A program made the translations under genes and the position numbers. A DNA stretch of 64,000 bases from Bacteroidales bacterium (GTDB lineage Bacteria; Bacteroidota; Bacteroidia; Bacteroidales; VadinHA17), in NCBI GenBank assembly GCA_003141415.1, contig PLLX01000097.1:10315-74314 (forward strand), in the 5' to 3' direction. Position 1 is the first letter of the stretch; every line of letters begins with the position of its first letter. The notes under the pieces were generated by a model. It saw nothing but the letters and a program-made list of their open reading frames with translations. It ran no database searches and was not told the DNA's origin. Below, piece by piece: positions 26,570 to 36,645 of the stretch.

Positions 26570-26989
26570 TCAGATATAAAACATTGATTCACCTGAAACA
26601 AGAATTACATGGCAACAATCAGCAGTAACAACAAAGCGTTTCCCTATAATTAATGCATTATCAACATATCCCTGAAATTCAATTTCAACATTAGTGTTTC
26701 TCAACATAACTATTTCATCATCACTTACAAGTGGATAATATCCTGGATTCTGATTTAAAATGTTATTATTTATTGTAATATCCTTATTATCTGAGACTCT
26801 GAGAACTTTAAAATCGGTCAGTACAAAAGCACTGCTGTCTGAACTATGTCTGATCAAAATTGTGATATACCTGAATTCCTGAGAACAAAAAGAATTATCA
26901 CAATTCGTTTTTTTGTCTCTGTTACAATCAGATACTAAAACAGAGAATAAAATGAAACAAATAATCAGATACCTTTGTGCTATTACCAT
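26570..26989 (-). CDS. Hypothetical lipoprotein
   Basis: Signal peptide and a Cys (LVSDCN). No other motifs. Confidence 0.4.
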   Translation of the reverse strand: MVIAQRYLIICFILFSVLVSDCNRDKKTNCDNSFCSQEFRYITILIRHSSDSSAFVLTDFKVLRVSDNKDITINNNILNQNPGYYPLVSDDEIVMLRNTNVEIEFQGYVDNALIIGKRFVVTADCCHVILVSGESMFYI

Positions 26990-27118
26990 ATTTTATTTTA
27001 AGATTTAATCTTTATTTGTCTTGTGATTAATATGATTTCCAGTCAAATCAGTATTAATTACCAACTACAAAAATTATTCCAATAATATTTTTTTCGATTA
27101 AAATCGAGCTTGCTTAAA

Positions 27119-27478
27119 TCAGCACCCCGGGTTCAAAAAGCTTTTGTCGTTCATGAGATCATCGCTTATCCGCATCGCTGAATATAGTTTTAGAACCGGT
27201 AACTTGAATTGACTTGCAAAACATGTATTTATGGTCATTCCTGAAATTGAATTTATACCAATGGCCCTGATGAATGTTGTCTTTCCTGACATATTAGAAC
27301 CTGTCAATAATATTGATTTAGTAGCAGTTACTATGGAGTTTGAAATACAATCAGGAATCAGCGGATGATAAATATCTCTCACAATAATCGATTTATCGGC
27401 GATGTTGATTTCCGGACGGAAACATTGATCATATGGTTTATGCTTGAAAAGATTATGTGTATTAAAGAAGTCACTCAA
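27119..27478 (-). pseudogene. Remnant of a MutS-family (domain V) ATPase gene
   Basis: HPLIPDCISNSIVTATKSILLTGSNMSGKTTFIRAIGIN is the MutS domain V Walker A context. Only 119 aa remain of a protein normally over 400 aa, and both ends are missing. Confidence 0.6.
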
Positions 27479-27612
27479 CTGGCTGATTACAAAACTCCCT
27501 CATCGCAAATAATAGTTCTGCTATTCTGGCAAAAAACATATTTTGATGAATAATATACGCTATATGTATATTTATATTATATTTGTACACTTTTTTTAAA
27601 TTAGTATTGTAT

Positions 27613-28200
27613 ATGGAAAAACGATCTGAAAAATTATATTCTATACTCGATGCAGCGAAATCGCTCTTCTGGAAACATGGAATCAGAAGAGTAACCATCG
27701 AAGAAATCTGCCAGGTTGCGGGAGTCAGCAAGATGACCTGTTACAAGTACTTCGGCAATAAAACAGCAATTGCAAAGTATCTGATAGTAGATATGTTTGA
27801 ATCAGGAATAAAAGCTTATAAAGAAATATACAATAGTGATATTCCTTATGAAGAAAAGGTTAAAAAAATGGTTGATCTTAAAATGAGCAATGCTCACGAA
27901 ATGAGCCAGGAGCTGTTGGATGATATATATAAATATCAGGATGAAGAATTATATGAAACCATAGAAACCATCAAAAAAAGGATGCTCGGGATTTATCTTG
28001 GTGATATTCGTGAAGCACAGAAAATAGGAGAAATACGTAATGATGTTAAACCTGAGTTTATGCTCTATTTTCTTAACCATTTAACAGAAATGCTTACTGA
28101 TCTGCGATTGGTTGGGATTTATTCGAATCCTGAACAAATGATTATTGAAGTTATGAATTTCTTTTTTTACGGTATTATGCCCCGAAAGAATAGAAAATAA
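27613..28200 (+). CDS. TetR/AcrR-family transcriptional regulator
   Basis: The HTH is VTIEEICQVAGVSKMTCYKYFGNK. The start is at the ATG at 27613. Confidence 0.85.
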   Translation: MEKRSEKLYSILDAAKSLFWKHGIRRVTIEEICQVAGVSKMTCYKYFGNKTAIAKYLIVDMFESGIKAYKEIYNSDIPYEEKVKKMVDLKMSNAHEMSQELLDDIYKYQDEELYETIETIKKRMLGIYLGDIREAQKIGEIRNDVKPEFMLYFLNHLTEMLTDLRLVGIYSNPEQMIIEVMNFFFYGIMPRKNRK

Positions 28201-28203
28201 TAA

Positions 28204-29352
28204 ATGAGGAATCTGAAATTAAATATAAGCCTGCTTTTTTTTCTGATGCTCCCTCTTCTGAAGGCACAGGATAGTACTTTTAGATTCAAGGGCCAGATTG
28301 ATGGGTATGCGGGAATTAACTTTGCCAATCCCATTCAATCCCAGACAGGTGCCAGATTCCTGCCCACGCTCTCTATCGGAAAGAACCTGAAGAATAATCT
28401 GAAATTCGATTCCGAATTATCATTTGACAGTTATCTCGATTATCATTTTACCGGTTCAAATAACGATGAATCAGATGCAAAAATCAAACCATACAGACTA
28501 TGGATCAGATTGAGCACTGAACGGTTTGAGCTCAGGGCAGGCCTTCAGAAAATTAATTTTGGTTCCGCCAGTACACTCCGTCCGCTTATGTGGTTCGATC
28601 ATATCGACCCCCGCGATCCTCTTCAGCTTACCGATGGTGTTTATGGGCTGCTTGGCAGATACTATTTCCAGAATAATGCGAATGCATGGTTATGGGTTCT
28701 TTGGGGAAATGACAAAACCAAGGGTTGGGAAACAATCCCGACAGTCAGAAAAGATCCGGAATTAGGAGGCAGGATGCAATTCCCGGTTCCAAAAGGTGAA
28801 GTGGCTGTTTCATATCATCATCGTACAGCTGATTTAGCCGGAGTATTAAATCCGTCTGAGATTCATGGTGCCGCAAGTTACCCGGAAGATAAGATCGGAC
28901 TGGATGGCAAATGGGATATCGGGCCAGGGGTATGGGCAGAATATTCCCTTACTCACAGCAAACCCGATTCCGCATATTTCCCGCTATGGACTAAATTATT
29001 CACACTCGGAATTGATTACACCTTCGGCCTTGGAAACGGATTATACGCGGCATCAGAATTTTTCAGATACAGTTCTGCCGGCGAGATATTTAATTCAGGT
29101 ATTAATCAGACATTCTCTTCACTTACTGTAAATTACCCCATAGGTATTAACAAGATTGGAAGCATTATTTACTACAACTGGACAGATAAATCATGGTATC
29201 GGTTTATTAATCTGCAAAGACAAAGTGATAACTGGACTTATTATCTTTTTCTCTTCTGGAATCCGGAGAAATTTACGATCTATAATAACATATCCGGAAA
29301 TAATATGTTTTCCGGAACAGGAATACAGTTTATGGCAGTTTTTAATTTTTAA
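28204..29352 (+). CDS. Outer-membrane beta-barrel protein (uncharacterised)
   Basis: Signal peptide ending KAQD, alternating beta-strand pattern, aromatic-rich, and a C-terminal Phe (MAVFNF). Confidence 0.55.
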   Translation: MRNLKLNISLLFFLMLPLLKAQDSTFRFKGQIDGYAGINFANPIQSQTGARFLPTLSIGKNLKNNLKFDSELSFDSYLDYHFTGSNNDESDAKIKPYRLWIRLSTERFELRAGLQKINFGSASTLRPLMWFDHIDPRDPLQLTDGVYGLLGRYYFQNNANAWLWVLWGNDKTKGWETIPTVRKDPELGGRMQFPVPKGEVAVSYHHRTADLAGVLNPSEIHGAASYPEDKIGLDGKWDIGPGVWAEYSLTHSKPDSAYFPLWTKLFTLGIDYTFGLGNGLYAASEFFRYSSAGEIFNSGINQTFSSLTVNYPIGINKIGSIIYYNWTDKSWYRFINLQRQSDNWTYYLFLFWNPEKFTIYNNISGNNMFSGTGIQFMAVFNF

Positions 29353-29380
29353 ATGATTAATAGTTCAAAAAAAATAATAA

Positions 29381-30079
29381 ATGGAAAACTTAACCATCAT
29401 TTCAATTGAAGGCCTTAAAAAGCATTTCAGCATGTCAGGAGGTAAATTCACTGCCTTAAATGGGATTGATCTGGAGTTCAGAAAAGGAGAGTTCACCGGT
29501 GTTGTCGGGCCAAGTGGAAGTGGAAAGACTACCCTTCTTAATATTATTGGTTCACTCGATTCTCCATCGGAAGGTAAAGCAATAGTTCTCGGACAATCCA
29601 TTGGGGACCTTAATGTAAAACACGCCGCCATGTTGCGACGATCCAAACTTGGTTTTATATTCCAAAGCTATAATCTTCTTCCGGTTTATACTGTTTTCGA
29701 AAATGTGGAATTCCCATTACTTCTACTTAGGCTGGATGACGAGCAACGCAGGAAAATGGTGATGGATTCACTGGAGTGGCTTGGTCTGATTGATAAGTTA
29801 AAATCAAAACCCGCCCAGCTTTCAGGAGGTGAATGCCAGAGAGTTGCAATTGCCAGGGCAATGGTCAAGAAACCTGAAATAGTTCTTGCAGATGAACCAA
29901 CAGCAAATCTTGATGCTGCCAATTCCCATCATATACTCAAAACGATGGTTCAACTGAATAAAGAATTCGGAACAACTTTCATTTTTGCTACCCACGATGA
30001 TAAAGTAATTGGCTATTTGAGTCGAAAGATTTCACTAGTTGACGGGAAAGTTACTAAAGATGAAATCAAGAATAATTAA
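29381..30079 (+). CDS. ABC transporter ATP-binding protein (LolD/MacB-type)
   Basis: Walker [10 protein letters not shown], signature [14 protein letters not shown], Walker B IVLADEPT. Confidence 0.92.
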   Translation: MENLTIISIEGLKKHFSMSGGKFTALNGIDLEFRKGEFTGVVGPSGSGKTTLLNIIGSLDSPSEGKAIVLGQSIGDLNVKHAAMLRRSKLGFIFQSYNLLPVYTVFENVEFPLLLLRLDDEQRRKMVMDSLEWLGLIDKLKSKPAQLSGGECQRVAIARAMVKKPEIVLADEPTANLDAANSHHILKTMVQLNKEFGTTFIFATHDDKVIGYLSRKISLVDGKVTKDEIKNN

Positions 30080-30091
30080 ATCCTGGAAAAC

Positions 30092-31267
30092 ATGAAACTA
30101 TTATTCAAATTAGCGGCAAAGAATCTCATTGGCGCAGGCCTGAGAACCTGGCTCAATGTGATTGTGCTTTCTTTCTCATTCTTAATTATTATTTGGCATA
30201 AAGGTTTGCTGGATGGATGGGACAGACAGGCAAAAAACGAAACTATCAGCTGGGAAACAGGAGGGGGTCAGTTTTGGCAGGCCAGCTATGATCCATATGA
30301 TCCTTTCTCTTTAACGGAAGCACATACAAAAATTCCTTCTGCCCTGGATTCCCTTGTATCTACCGGGAATATTGCACCCATACTTATAACACAAGGGACA
30401 ATCTATCCACGAGGTCGTATCCAAAGTATTCTGATCAAGGGAATTAGTTCAAACCAAAAATTGCTAAAAATACCCAGCTCATTATTTCTTAAAAACAATG
30501 ACGAAATACCAGCATTAATTGGCAGAAATACAGCAGCTGATAACGGTTTAAAGGAGGGTGACTTAATTACCCTTCGGTGGCGCGACATACATGGAACTTT
30601 CGATGCAAACAACATAAAAATAATTGGAATATTTGATACCGACATCCCTACTGTCGATATGGGTCAGATCTGGGTTCCGCTTGATCATTTGCAAAAGATG
30701 ATGGGAATGCCCGGTGAAGCTACTATTATAGTTTTAAATAAAGAGGCACAAGGCAGTATTATTGCTGAAGGATGGAAATTCAAGAACAATGAAGTTCTCT
30801 TAAAGTCCATTACCGACATGATTAAAATGAAATCGGTAGGAGGGCTGGTGTTGTACATCATCCTGCTAAGTCTAGCCATGCTTGCTATTTTTGATACACA
30901 GGTATTGTCCATCTTCAGAAGGCAAAAAGAAATAGGTACTTACATTGCCCTTGGAATGACTCGCACACAGGTTGTAGGTTTGTTTACTATTGAGGGATCA
31001 CTTAACTCGGTACTGGCCGGCCTTCTTGCCGCACTTTATGGAATACCCTTGCTTGCATTACAGGCCAGCAAAGGATTATCAATGCCGGGAGGCAGCAAAG
31101 GTTTTGGACTGGCTGTAGCAGATAAAATATATCCTGCTTATAGTCTGGGACTGGTAGTCACAACTATTCTTCTCATCATGCTTACAACAACCATTGTAAG
31201 CTATCTGCCTTCACGAAAGATTGCCAAAATGAAACCAACCGAAGCTTTAAGGGGGAAAATACAATGA
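30092..31267 (+). CDS. ABC transporter permease (FtsX/MacB-type), first of two
   Basis: N-terminal TM, a large periplasmic domain, and a C-terminal FtsX-like three-TM bundle ending PSRKIAKMKPTEALR. Confidence 0.85.
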   Translation: MKLLFKLAAKNLIGAGLRTWLNVIVLSFSFLIIIWHKGLLDGWDRQAKNETISWETGGGQFWQASYDPYDPFSLTEAHTKIPSALDSLVSTGNIAPILITQGTIYPRGRIQSILIKGISSNQKLLKIPSSLFLKNNDEIPALIGRNTAADNGLKEGDLITLRWRDIHGTFDANNIKIIGIFDTDIPTVDMGQIWVPLDHLQKMMGMPGEATIIVLNKEAQGSIIAEGWKFKNNEVLLKSITDMIKMKSVGGLVLYIILLSLAMLAIFDTQVLSIFRRQKEIGTYIALGMTRTQVVGLFTIEGSLNSVLAGLLAALYGIPLLALQASKGLSMPGGSKGFGLAVADKIYPAYSLGLVVTTILLIMLTTTIVSYLPSRKIAKMKPTEALRGKIQ

Positions 31268-32538
31268 TCAGATTTTTGTTAAAAGGGATATTAAGAGATA
31301 AGCAACGAAGCCTTCTTCCTGTTATTATAGTTATCATAGGGGTAATGCTCACTGTATTTCTGTTTTGCTGGTTAAAGGGTATTCTGAATGACAGCGTGGA
31401 ATTGAATGCACGCTTCAATGCCGGTCATGTGAAGATTATGTCCGCATCTTATGCGAAAAATGTTGACCAGATACCCAATGATCTCGCTCTAATTGGTGTT
31501 GATACTCTATTGATCAGGTTGAAAAAAGAGTTTCCTGAAATGAAATGGAGTCAGAGAATTCATTTTGGCGGGCTGATTGATGCCCCTGATTCCAGGGGTG
31601 AAACGCGAACACAGGGCCCGGCCATGGGCTTTGGTATCGATATGCTTTCCGGCGATCACTCTGAAATAGAACGATTCAATCTCGAAAAATCATTACGAAG
31701 AGGAAGACTTCCTGTTCATTCAGGAGAGATCCTAATGAGCGAAGAGTTTTCCAAAAAGCTTAAAGTAAACCCGGGTGATACGGTAACTCTTATTAGCTCT
31801 ACCATGAATGGCAGTATGGCAATGTATAATTACACCGTTAGTGGGACAATCGTTTTTGGAACGGGCCCGATGGACCAGGGTTCGGTTATTGTAGATCTTG
31901 AAGATGTCCGCAATGCTCTGGATATGAATAATGCGGCAGGCGAGATAGTCGGCTACCTGACAGATAATTATTATGATGAAGAGAAAGTAGGTCAGGTAGT
32001 TGCCAGGTTTAAAAGGCTCTTCCCGGTTACGAATGATGAATATGCTCCGGTTATTGTTACCCTTCGCCAGCAAAACAGTCTGGGTAATATGATAGATCAG
32101 ATAAAAGCTGTTGGAGCCTTCGCCGTCTTTATATTTGTATTGTCTATGTCCATGGTTTTATGGAACGCAGGTTTATTGGGCGGATTAAGAAGATATTCAG
32201 AATTTGGAATCAGACTGGCCATAGGTGAGGATTATTCGCATATATATAAAACCATGATTTATGAATCGGTACTAATAGGCCTTATGGGCTCATTCATAGG
32301 CACATCGATCGGATTGCTTGGATCACTTTACCTTCAGTATCATGGACTTGATCTAAGTTCTATGATGAAAAATGCAACTATACTGATGCCGGCAGTCTTT
32401 CATACCAGGATTACCACAACTGCCTTTTTTATCGGATTTATTCCCGGACTGGTATCGACAGTCATCGGCACAATGCTTTCGGGGATAGGAATTTATAAAC
32501 GTAAAACAGCTCAATTATTTAATGAATTAGAAGCATGA
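31264..32538 (+). CDS. ABC transporter permease (FtsX/MacB-type), second of two
   Basis: Same architecture as the first. It overlaps the upstream stop (ATGA). Confidence 0.85.
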   Translation: MIRFLLKGILRDKQRSLLPVIIVIIGVMLTVFLFCWLKGILNDSVELNARFNAGHVKIMSASYAKNVDQIPNDLALIGVDTLLIRLKKEFPEMKWSQRIHFGGLIDAPDSRGETRTQGPAMGFGIDMLSGDHSEIERFNLEKSLRRGRLPVHSGEILMSEEFSKKLKVNPGDTVTLISSTMNGSMAMYNYTVSGTIVFGTGPMDQGSVIVDLEDVRNALDMNNAAGEIVGYLTDNYYDEEKVGQVVARFKRLFPVTNDEYAPVIVTLRQQNSLGNMIDQIKAVGAFAVFIFVLSMSMVLWNAGLLGGLRRYSEFGIRLAIGEDYSHIYKTMIYESVLIGLMGSFIGTSIGLLGSLYLQYHGLDLSSMMKNATILMPAVFHTRITTTAFFIGFIPGLVSTVIGTMLSGIGIYKRKTAQLFNELEA

Positions 32539-33269
32539 GAAAATTAGTTATACCTATTTTTATGCTGTGTGTTTCAATAAATGCACAGAATCCTTCTGCC
32601 AGGGAGATAATAGAAAAAGTAGACAAAAATATGTCGGCTGAATCCAGGGTATTTACATCCAGGATGATAATACATAACCCCAGAAATACCAGGACAATTG
32701 AATCCAAATCATGGAGTATGGGGGAGACCAAATCCTATACTGAATATATATCTCCGCCACGCGAACAGGGAACCAAAATGCTTAAGCTCGATAATCTCCT
32801 GTGGATCTTTTCGCCATCAACTGACAGGATTATCCAGATTTCCGGACATATGCTGAGGCAATCCATGATGGGATCGGATCTCTCGTACGAAGATATGATG
32901 GAAGATCCGCATCTTCTAAATCATTATACAGGAAAGGTAGATGGACAAGAAAGATTAGCGGACCGTGATTGCTGGATCATCACACTTACAGCAATCAATG
33001 CCGATGTTGCTTATGAGATGCAAAAAGTATGGGTGGATAAAGACCGCTTCATCCCATTAAAGAAGGAACTTTATGCGAAAAGCGGCGTTCTGCTGAAAAG
33101 GATGGAACTTTCTGACATATTGCAGATTCAAGGCAGATGGTATCCCAAAAAAATACTATTTAAAGATGTGCTTAAAGAGGGTGACGGAACAGAGTTCCAG
33201 ATGATGGAAATTGAGTTCAATACTAAGATTCCCGATTATATTTTTTCAAAAGCGAGTCTGAAGAAATAA
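32535..33269 (+). CDS. LolA-like outer-membrane lipoprotein-sorting protein
   Basis: Signal peptide, then AREIIEKVDKNMSAES...YISPPREQGTKMLKLDNLLWIFSPSTDRIIQISGHMLRQSMMGSDLSYEDM, the LolA_like pattern. Confidence 0.75.
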   Translation: MRKLVIPIFMLCVSINAQNPSAREIIEKVDKNMSAESRVFTSRMIIHNPRNTRTIESKSWSMGETKSYTEYISPPREQGTKMLKLDNLLWIFSPSTDRIIQISGHMLRQSMMGSDLSYEDMMEDPHLLNHYTGKVDGQERLADRDCWIITLTAINADVAYEMQKVWVDKDRFIPLKKELYAKSGVLLKRMELSDILQIQGRWYPKKILFKDVLKEGDGTEFQMMEIEFNTKIPDYIFSKASLKK

Positions 33270-33280
33270 GAATACTCAAC

Positions 33281-34138
33281 CTATTTTACTGATTTGATTA
33301 AGGAATCTGTAATGATGATCGTTTTGGACGAAATAGCACATGCCCCGAAATAACCTAATGCGTCATTGCTTAGATTATTATTCGGATTAGCAGGTGTTGA
33401 CCCGAAGAAAGGATTAGTAAAGATCAGATCTTCAAGAGTCCGGTAATACCCGTATGTTTTTGCATCAAGAGATAAAAGTTCGATCCTGAAAGTGTCTCCG
33501 GCCGAAGCATTTGCGACACGCAATTCTGTTTCCTCTCCATTTGTATACTGATCATCAAATAACCGGTAGCTTTCGGTATTAGTGGAATCGTTTTTAAAAA
33601 CTTTTAACCTGTAAAAGTTCTTTTCTACAGGATCTCTGAAAAAACAATGAATCTCTATATGTAGTTTATTCTGATCGTTTCCACCGAAATCGATACGCTG
33701 AAGCTGGCTTTTTACCAGAGTCAATGAATCAATACTGACATGACTAAACATGGTAGTAGAACCGTCGTATTCCTGATCTTCTGATATTACTTTTAAAGTG
33801 TAAGTTTTTCCGGGAATTCCCCTGGTACTTGAAGTAAGATAAACACCGGGTGCTGCTTCTTTTAAAGTATCGGTTGTACCACTATCGTCGGATATTATAG
33901 CCTGTGCACCTGAAACTGTTTGCAAAACAGGCTGATTAAAATAACTTCCCGATTTACTTATTGTAACTGTGTAAGGACCGCGCCTGTCGTTAACCAGGCC
34001 TTCGATGACTATACGTGGAGCAGCTTCGTTCAGATCAACCTTTATAACTTTCTGACAACCTGAGAATACCAAAAAAGTCATCAATGATATTACAATCTCG
34101 AATATATCTTTAAGTCTTATTTTCATTCCTATTACCAT
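33281..34138 (-). CDS. DUF4249 lipoprotein (partner of the TonB-dependent receptor)
   Basis: Lipobox FSGCQ, and the size and position immediately downstream of a CarboxypepD_reg TBDR. Confidence 0.7.
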   Translation of the reverse strand: MVIGMKIRLKDIFEIVISLMTFLVFSGCQKVIKVDLNEAAPRIVIEGLVNDRRGPYTVTISKSGSYFNQPVLQTVSGAQAIISDDSGTTDTLKEAAPGVYLTSSTRGIPGKTYTLKVISEDQEYDGSTTMFSHVSIDSLTLVKSQLQRIDFGGNDQNKLHIEIHCFFRDPVEKNFYRLKVFKNDSTNTESYRLFDDQYTNGEETELRVANASAGDTFRIELLSLDAKTYGYYRTLEDLIFTNPFFGSTPANPNNNLSNDALGYFGACAISSKTIIITDSLIKSVK

Positions 34139-34150
34139 TTCTCTATACTC

Positions 34151-36496
34151 TTAAAACTTGAAATTATAAGTTATTGCCGGAACAAACCGGAAAAGAGATA
34201 ATTGCACTGCCTGCATCTTCGTAGGGTCATTAGGGTCCTGCTGAAAATTTATCGCATATGCATTCGAACGTCCATAAACATTATATACTGAAAAATTCCA
34301 GTTACTCTCAAACCTGAGGGTTTTTTTCCGTTGCCAGGTAAGACCTATATCTAACCTGTGGTAATCAGGCATACGATAACCGTTCCTCTCAGTATAGTAT
34401 GGAACAATATTCCCATCGGCTAAATAACGCCCGCTTGGAAATGTAACAACATTCCCGCTGATATAAATCCATGTTGCTGAAAAAGTGAGCTTCGGATTAA
34501 GTTGATACATACCTACAATAGCCAGGTTATTCGGTCTGTCTTGTTTAGCCAAGAATATATTACCCCCATTGATATCGGGGAACTGCCTTTTAGTTTTTGA
34601 CAGAGTGTAGCTTATCCAACCTGTCAGTTTGCCATATTTTTTCCTGATCAGAAACTCTGCTCCATACCCCCAGCCTTTCCCAAAAACCAGTTGTGCTTCC
34701 ACCTTGTTATTCAGGATAAGATTGGCCCCGTTACGGTAATCAATCTGATTTTGCATCGTTTTATAATAAACTTCAACTGATGTTTCATACATATTATTTG
34801 AGAAGTTCCTGAAATAACCAAGGGTGTACTGATCAGCAATCTCCGGCAATATATTGATATTACTGGGTACCCACAGATCAAACGGAGTGGTTGATGTTGT
34901 ATTGGATAACAAATGAATGTACTGGCGGGTTCGGGCATACGAAATTTTGACCGAGCTGGAGTCATTGATTATATAATTCACAAGAAGTCTTGGTTCGAAT
35001 CCGCCATATGTACTGAATATTTTTCCTTTAGGATATGATGCCGAATCCACAACATCTGCTACCTGATTGTAAGTGTATACGGTCCCCGGCCCGATTGAAC
35101 TGAAAAGAGAATAGCGTAGTCCATATGTTGCCTTCAGATGAGGTGAGATTGTCTGTTCATTGGAAATATACACTGCATTCTCCAGGGCATACCTGTTATC
35201 AACAGATCTTACCCGGAGGAAAGCACTGCTGTCAACTTTACTGGGAACAAAAGTATGATAAATGGAATTGAAACCAAATTTGATAGTATTATTGGAATTC
35301 AGATAGTAATGAAGGTCCTCTTTCAGGTTCCAGTCCTTAATTTCAGAAATTACCCTCATAGTCAGATTGCCAACTGCCACATTAAACCTATAGCTGTAAC
35401 TGTTGAAAATTATTGATGTATTTGAAAATATTTTATCATTGATAATATGGTTCCATCTTGTTGTAGCTGTAATATTTCCCCAATCGAGACCAACCGTACC
35501 TCCAAGGTTGAAATTATCCCTGCCGAGGTAACATGAAAAATACAGCTTGTCTTTGTCTGAAAACTGATAATTGGCTTTGAGGTTTAAATCGTAGAAATAA
35601 AGAGATGATTTACTCGCAGTGGAATCCACTCCATGACGGGGAAGAAGTCTAAGGAAAAGATCAGCATAAGTCCTTCGTGCGGCAATCATGAAGGAACCCT
35701 TATTTTTTATTATAGGTCCCTCAATGGCTAATCGTGAAGCAATAAGTCCAATTCCTCCGGATATATGATATTCCTTATTGTTGCCTTCATTCATCTTAAT
35801 GTCAACCACCGACGATAATCGTCCGCCGTATTCAGCCGGGAAACCTCCTTTGTATAATGTAATATCTTTAATAGCGTCGGAATTGAAAGTTGAAAAGAAT
35901 CCGAGTAAGTGAGATGGGTTATATACCGGTGCTTCGTCAAGCAGGATAAGGTTCTGATCGACACCCCCTCCACGTACGTAAAATCCCGCATTCCCCTCTC
36001 CGGCAGGTGTTACTCCCGGCAGTAACTGAATGGTTTTTAAGATATCCTTTTCACCAAGAATAACCGGGATATTCTGGATTTCCTGAACATTGATTTTTGA
36101 AATCAGGTTATTCTGAACCACATTAATGTTATTCTTCTCACCCACAACTGTAATTTCCTTTAAAGCAATTGATTCCTCATCCATATCAAAAGTCAACTTC
36201 ATGTTTTCTTTTAAATCCAGAGGAACGGTCTGCGTTTTGTACCCCAGAAATTGAACAATTAGTGTATATTTTCCTGTTGGAAGCGTAAGGGAAAAATATC
36301 CGTAAGAATTTGAAGTTATCCCTATCGCAGGATTCTCTTTAGGATAAATGACAGCTCCGGTTAGTGTTTCACCGGTCTTGGAATCTCTTATAAAACCGCT
36401 TATAGTTGCTGATTTTGGTGTTTCATTCTCAGAAAATCCCGGCCGTATGATCACCGATGAAAAAATAAGCATTAATAAACAGATTCTCGTTCTCAT
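34151..36496 (-). CDS. TonB-dependent receptor with an N-terminal carboxypeptidase-regulatory-like domain
   Basis: ISGFIRDSKTGETLTGAVIY...FLGYKT (CarboxypepD_reg), a plug domain, and a C-terminal beta-barrel ending ITYNFKF. Confidence 0.9.
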   Translation of the reverse strand: MRTRICLLMLIFSSVIIRPGFSENETPKSATISGFIRDSKTGETLTGAVIYPKENPAIGITSNSYGYFSLTLPTGKYTLIVQFLGYKTQTVPLDLKENMKLTFDMDEESIALKEITVVGEKNNINVVQNNLISKINVQEIQNIPVILGEKDILKTIQLLPGVTPAGEGNAGFYVRGGGVDQNLILLDEAPVYNPSHLLGFFSTFNSDAIKDITLYKGGFPAEYGGRLSSVVDIKMNEGNNKEYHISGGIGLIASRLAIEGPIIKNKGSFMIAARRTYADLFLRLLPRHGVDSTASKSSLYFYDLNLKANYQFSDKDKLYFSCYLGRDNFNLGGTVGLDWGNITATTRWNHIINDKIFSNTSIIFNSYSYRFNVAVGNLTMRVISEIKDWNLKEDLHYYLNSNNTIKFGFNSIYHTFVPSKVDSSAFLRVRSVDNRYALENAVYISNEQTISPHLKATYGLRYSLFSSIGPGTVYTYNQVADVVDSASYPKGKIFSTYGGFEPRLLVNYIINDSSSVKISYARTRQYIHLLSNTTSTTPFDLWVPSNINILPEIADQYTLGYFRNFSNNMYETSVEVYYKTMQNQIDYRNGANLILNNKVEAQLVFGKGWGYGAEFLIRKKYGKLTGWISYTLSKTKRQFPDINGGNIFLAKQDRPNNLAIVGMYQLNPKLTFSATWIYISGNVVTFPSGRYLADGNIVPYYTERNGYRMPDYHRLDIGLTWQRKKTLRFESNWNFSVYNVYGRSNAYAINFQQDPNDPTKMQAVQLSLFRFVPAITYNFKF

Positions 36497-36645
36497 CCAA
36501 ATTCAGCTTTTACCACAAACCTGCCTGCCGCCTGTCTGCCGGTTGGCAGGTCAGCCAGGAGCACCTATCGGTTTTCAAGAAGGTCACACTCTTATAAACA
36601 GTAAATCTGTTAGTTTGTTGTTACCTGGAGACAAAAAGTCTGGTT

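Noticed and set aside
27471-27731. 86-aa minus-strand ORF
   Set aside because: It is antisense to the TetR gene and its promoter region and is low complexity. It is not a continuation of the MutS-like remnant in any recognisable way.
36497-36645. Cobalamin or TPP riboswitch upstream of the TonB-dependent receptor
   Set aside because: The spacer is only 149 nt. I see no B12-box (GCCACTG-like) or TPP (CTGAGA...ACCTGA) motif. I kept it only as a generic structured leader.
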